From: an uncultured Deinococcales bacterium
GTDB lineage: Bacteria > Deinococcota > Deinococci > Deinococcales > JAAFIG01
NCBI GenBank assembly: GCA_964244895.1
Contig: CAXTKV010000104.1
Location: 1-16,718, forward strand
Length of the DNA: 16,718 bases
Reading direction: 5' to 3'
In this document: positions 15,391 to 16,718 of the stretch, piece by piece
Layout of the letters: every line of letters starts with the position of its first letter
Numbering within the stretch: the stretch's first letter is position 1
Position numbers and translations under genes: made by a program
Notes under the pieces: model-generated
The model's database searches: none
What the model was told of the DNA's origin: nothing
Seen by the model: only the letters and a program-made list of their open reading frames with translations

Positions 15391-16524
15391 TCACACGCAG
15401 AACTCGCGGATGACGCTTTCCAGGATGCGCTGGCAGGTCTGGACGCTCGGCAAATCCACCCATTCCACGGCGGCGTGCGCACCCTCGCCGTGCGGTCCGA
15501 ACATCACGGTCGGGATGCCCGCACCGGAAAGTATGGCGCAATCCGTCCAGAAGGGCACGCCAGAAAAAACGGCTTCGCGCCCGAGCGCGGTCTGGGCGTG
15601 CTGCTCGAGCAGGCGCACGATTTCTGCGTCCCGACCGATCTCGTGCGGGCCGCGATGGAGTCCCATCGTCAGGCTGGCCCTGAATTGCGGGTCGTCGCGC
15701 TCGAGCTGCTGAATGATGGCGCGCAGTTCGTTCTCGACGTGGGCCGGGGTTTCTGAGGGCAGCGTCCGGCGCTCGAGCTTGAGCGTACACGCGTCCGGGT
15801 AGGTGCTGTAGCCCTGCCCGCCCGAGATCAGGCTGGCGTGCAAGGAACCCGAACCCAGCAGCGCGTGCGATGCCCTGGCGCGCAAATCCTGGTCGAGCTC
15901 CTCGAGTTCGACCAGCACCTTGCCCATCTTGGAGATCGCGTCCACGCCCAGGTCCGGCCTCGAGCCGTGCGCGGCCAGGCCGCGCGTCTGAATTTGTGCC
16001 CAGGCGAAACCCTTGTGGGCCACGACCAGTTCCAGCGAGGTCGGTTCCGTGACAATCGCGGCGTCCGCCGTGAAGCTGCGCGCCACCTCGTCCGATCCCA
16101 GACTGGCGTATTCCTCGTCCGCCACGCAGGCCACGATTACGTCACCGCGCAAGCCTGAACGCGCTGCGCTGGCCGCCGCGACCAGCATGGCGGCCACGCC
16201 AGATTTCATGTCGTAGGTGCCGCGCCCGAACATGCGCTCGCCGTCAATTCTGGCGCTGATGCCATCCACGACATTTTCCAAACCGACAGTGTCGATGTGG
16301 CCGTTCAGCATGATCGATTTCCCGCCGCCGGAACCCTTCCAGATGCCGACCACGCTCGGGCGGCCTTCGGTGGACTCGAGCCAGTGAACTTGCGCGCCGC
16401 GCGCCTCGAGCCACGAACGGATGAATTGCGCAACCTGAAATTCGCCGGAACCTGTTGGGACGAGTTCGGGGTTGACCGATTCGATCTGGACGAGTTGCGC
16501 GAGGAGTTCGATGGTTTCGATCAT
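15391..16524 (-). CDS. M20 family metallohydrolase (ArgE/DapE, acetylornithine deacetylase-like)
   Basis: Motifs IESVNP, LNGHIDTV, GRGTYDMKSG, VADEE, VTEPT, GLAAHGS and FGP..EGAHAAVE. Confidence 0.93.
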   Translation of the reverse strand: MIETIELLAQLVQIESVNPELVPTGSGEFQVAQFIRSWLEARGAQVHWLESTEGRPSVVGIWKGSGGGKSIMLNGHIDTVGLENVVDGISARIDGERMFGRGTYDMKSGVAAMLVAAASAARSGLRGDVIVACVADEEYASLGSDEVARSFTADAAIVTEPTSLELVVAHKGFAWAQIQTRGLAAHGSRPDLGVDAISKMGKVLVELEELDQDLRARASHALLGSGSLHASLISGGQGYSTYPDACTLKLERRTLPSETPAHVENELRAIIQQLERDDPQFRASLTMGLHRGPHEIGRDAEIVRLLEQHAQTALGREAVFSGVPFWTDCAILSGAGIPTVMFGPHGEGAHAAVEWVDLPSVQTCQRILESVIREFCV

Positions 16525-16530
16525 GAAAAC

Positions 16531-16570
16531 ACCGTCCTGGACGCATTTACGGATTCGTGTGCTGAACGGT
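16531..16570. repeat. Two-box intergenic element, copy 10 (25-bp spacing)
   Basis: Boxes accgtcc-t-ggacgca (16531-16545) and cgtgtgc-t-gaacggt (16556-16570). Confidence 0.8.
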
Positions 16571-16587
16571 GATCTCGCATGCGCCCA

Positions 16588-16718
16588 TCATGACCTGGTT
16601 TGCGGCTGAGAAACAGTGTCCGTGCGCGTCTGCGACACAGTGTCCGTGCGCGTCTGCGAGACAGTATCCGTGCGCGTCTGCGACACGACCAGGGCCACTC
16701 CCAACGCGCACAGCCCCA
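16588..16718 (-). CDS. 3' end of a membrane protein gene (possibly DMT/EamA transporter), truncated by the window edge
   Basis: Manual translation: GLCALGVALV-VSQTRTDT-VSQTRTDT-VSQTRTDT-VSQPQTRS-stop (TGA 16588-16590). The family guess rests on one hydrophobic helix only. Confidence 0.5.
   Translation of the reverse strand, partial: GLCALGVALVVSQTRTDTVSQTRTDTVSQTRTDTVSQPQTRS
16613..16684. repeat. 24-bp tandem repeat, 3 copies
   Basis: acagtgtccgtgcgcgtctgcgac-like units at 16613, 16637 and 16661, each differing from the first by at most 1 nt. Confidence 0.92.

Noticed and set aside
15368..15790. N-terminal extension of the HAD ORF in the ORF track
   Set aside because: It overlaps the M20 gene in another frame; HAD motif I and the SD place the start at 15367 (or 15394).
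1161..16570. ACCGTCC motif as a DNA uptake sequence
   Set aside because: Uptake sequences are also abundant inside genes. Here I saw only about four isolated coding hits, near chance level, and the intergenic copies have a fixed two-box geometry.

Overview
High-GC (roughly 65% by eye) bacterial chromosomal window. It is most likely Deinococcota: the DXS sequence is Deinococcus-like, several genes have TANNNT boxes just upstream of the start codon, and an RDRM-like palindrome precedes uvrD/pcrA. Gene content is mostly housekeeping or metabolic: aldose 1-epimerase, GNAT, PcrA/UvrD, DUF1089-like protein, dxs, a lipoprotein, a membrane protein, SDR, PspA, AzlC/AzlD, a coupled SnoaL-GNAT-nitrilase operon, HAD hydrolase, ArgE/DapE-family hydrolase and the 3' end of a transporter-like gene. 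The unusual signal is in the non-coding and junction DNA. (1) Ten copies of a two-box element occur, one per intergenic gap in 10 of 12 non-operon gaps. Each box is a 15-bp pseudo-palindrome ACCGTCC-N-GGACGGT with a GT-N5-AC core, and box spacing is quantised at 25-26 or 35 bp. (2) The palindrome CTCGAG occurs about 78 times by manual count versus about 6 expected, and often lies 3 bp from these boxes. (3) A nested CGTC-repeat / MITE / GTAG-REP structure lies at 14400-14669. (4) Tandem duplications recur at gene 3' ends, including one that creates a GTGA-coupled 33-codon relay ORF between azlC and azlD. All counts and alignments were done by eye; no database searches were run.
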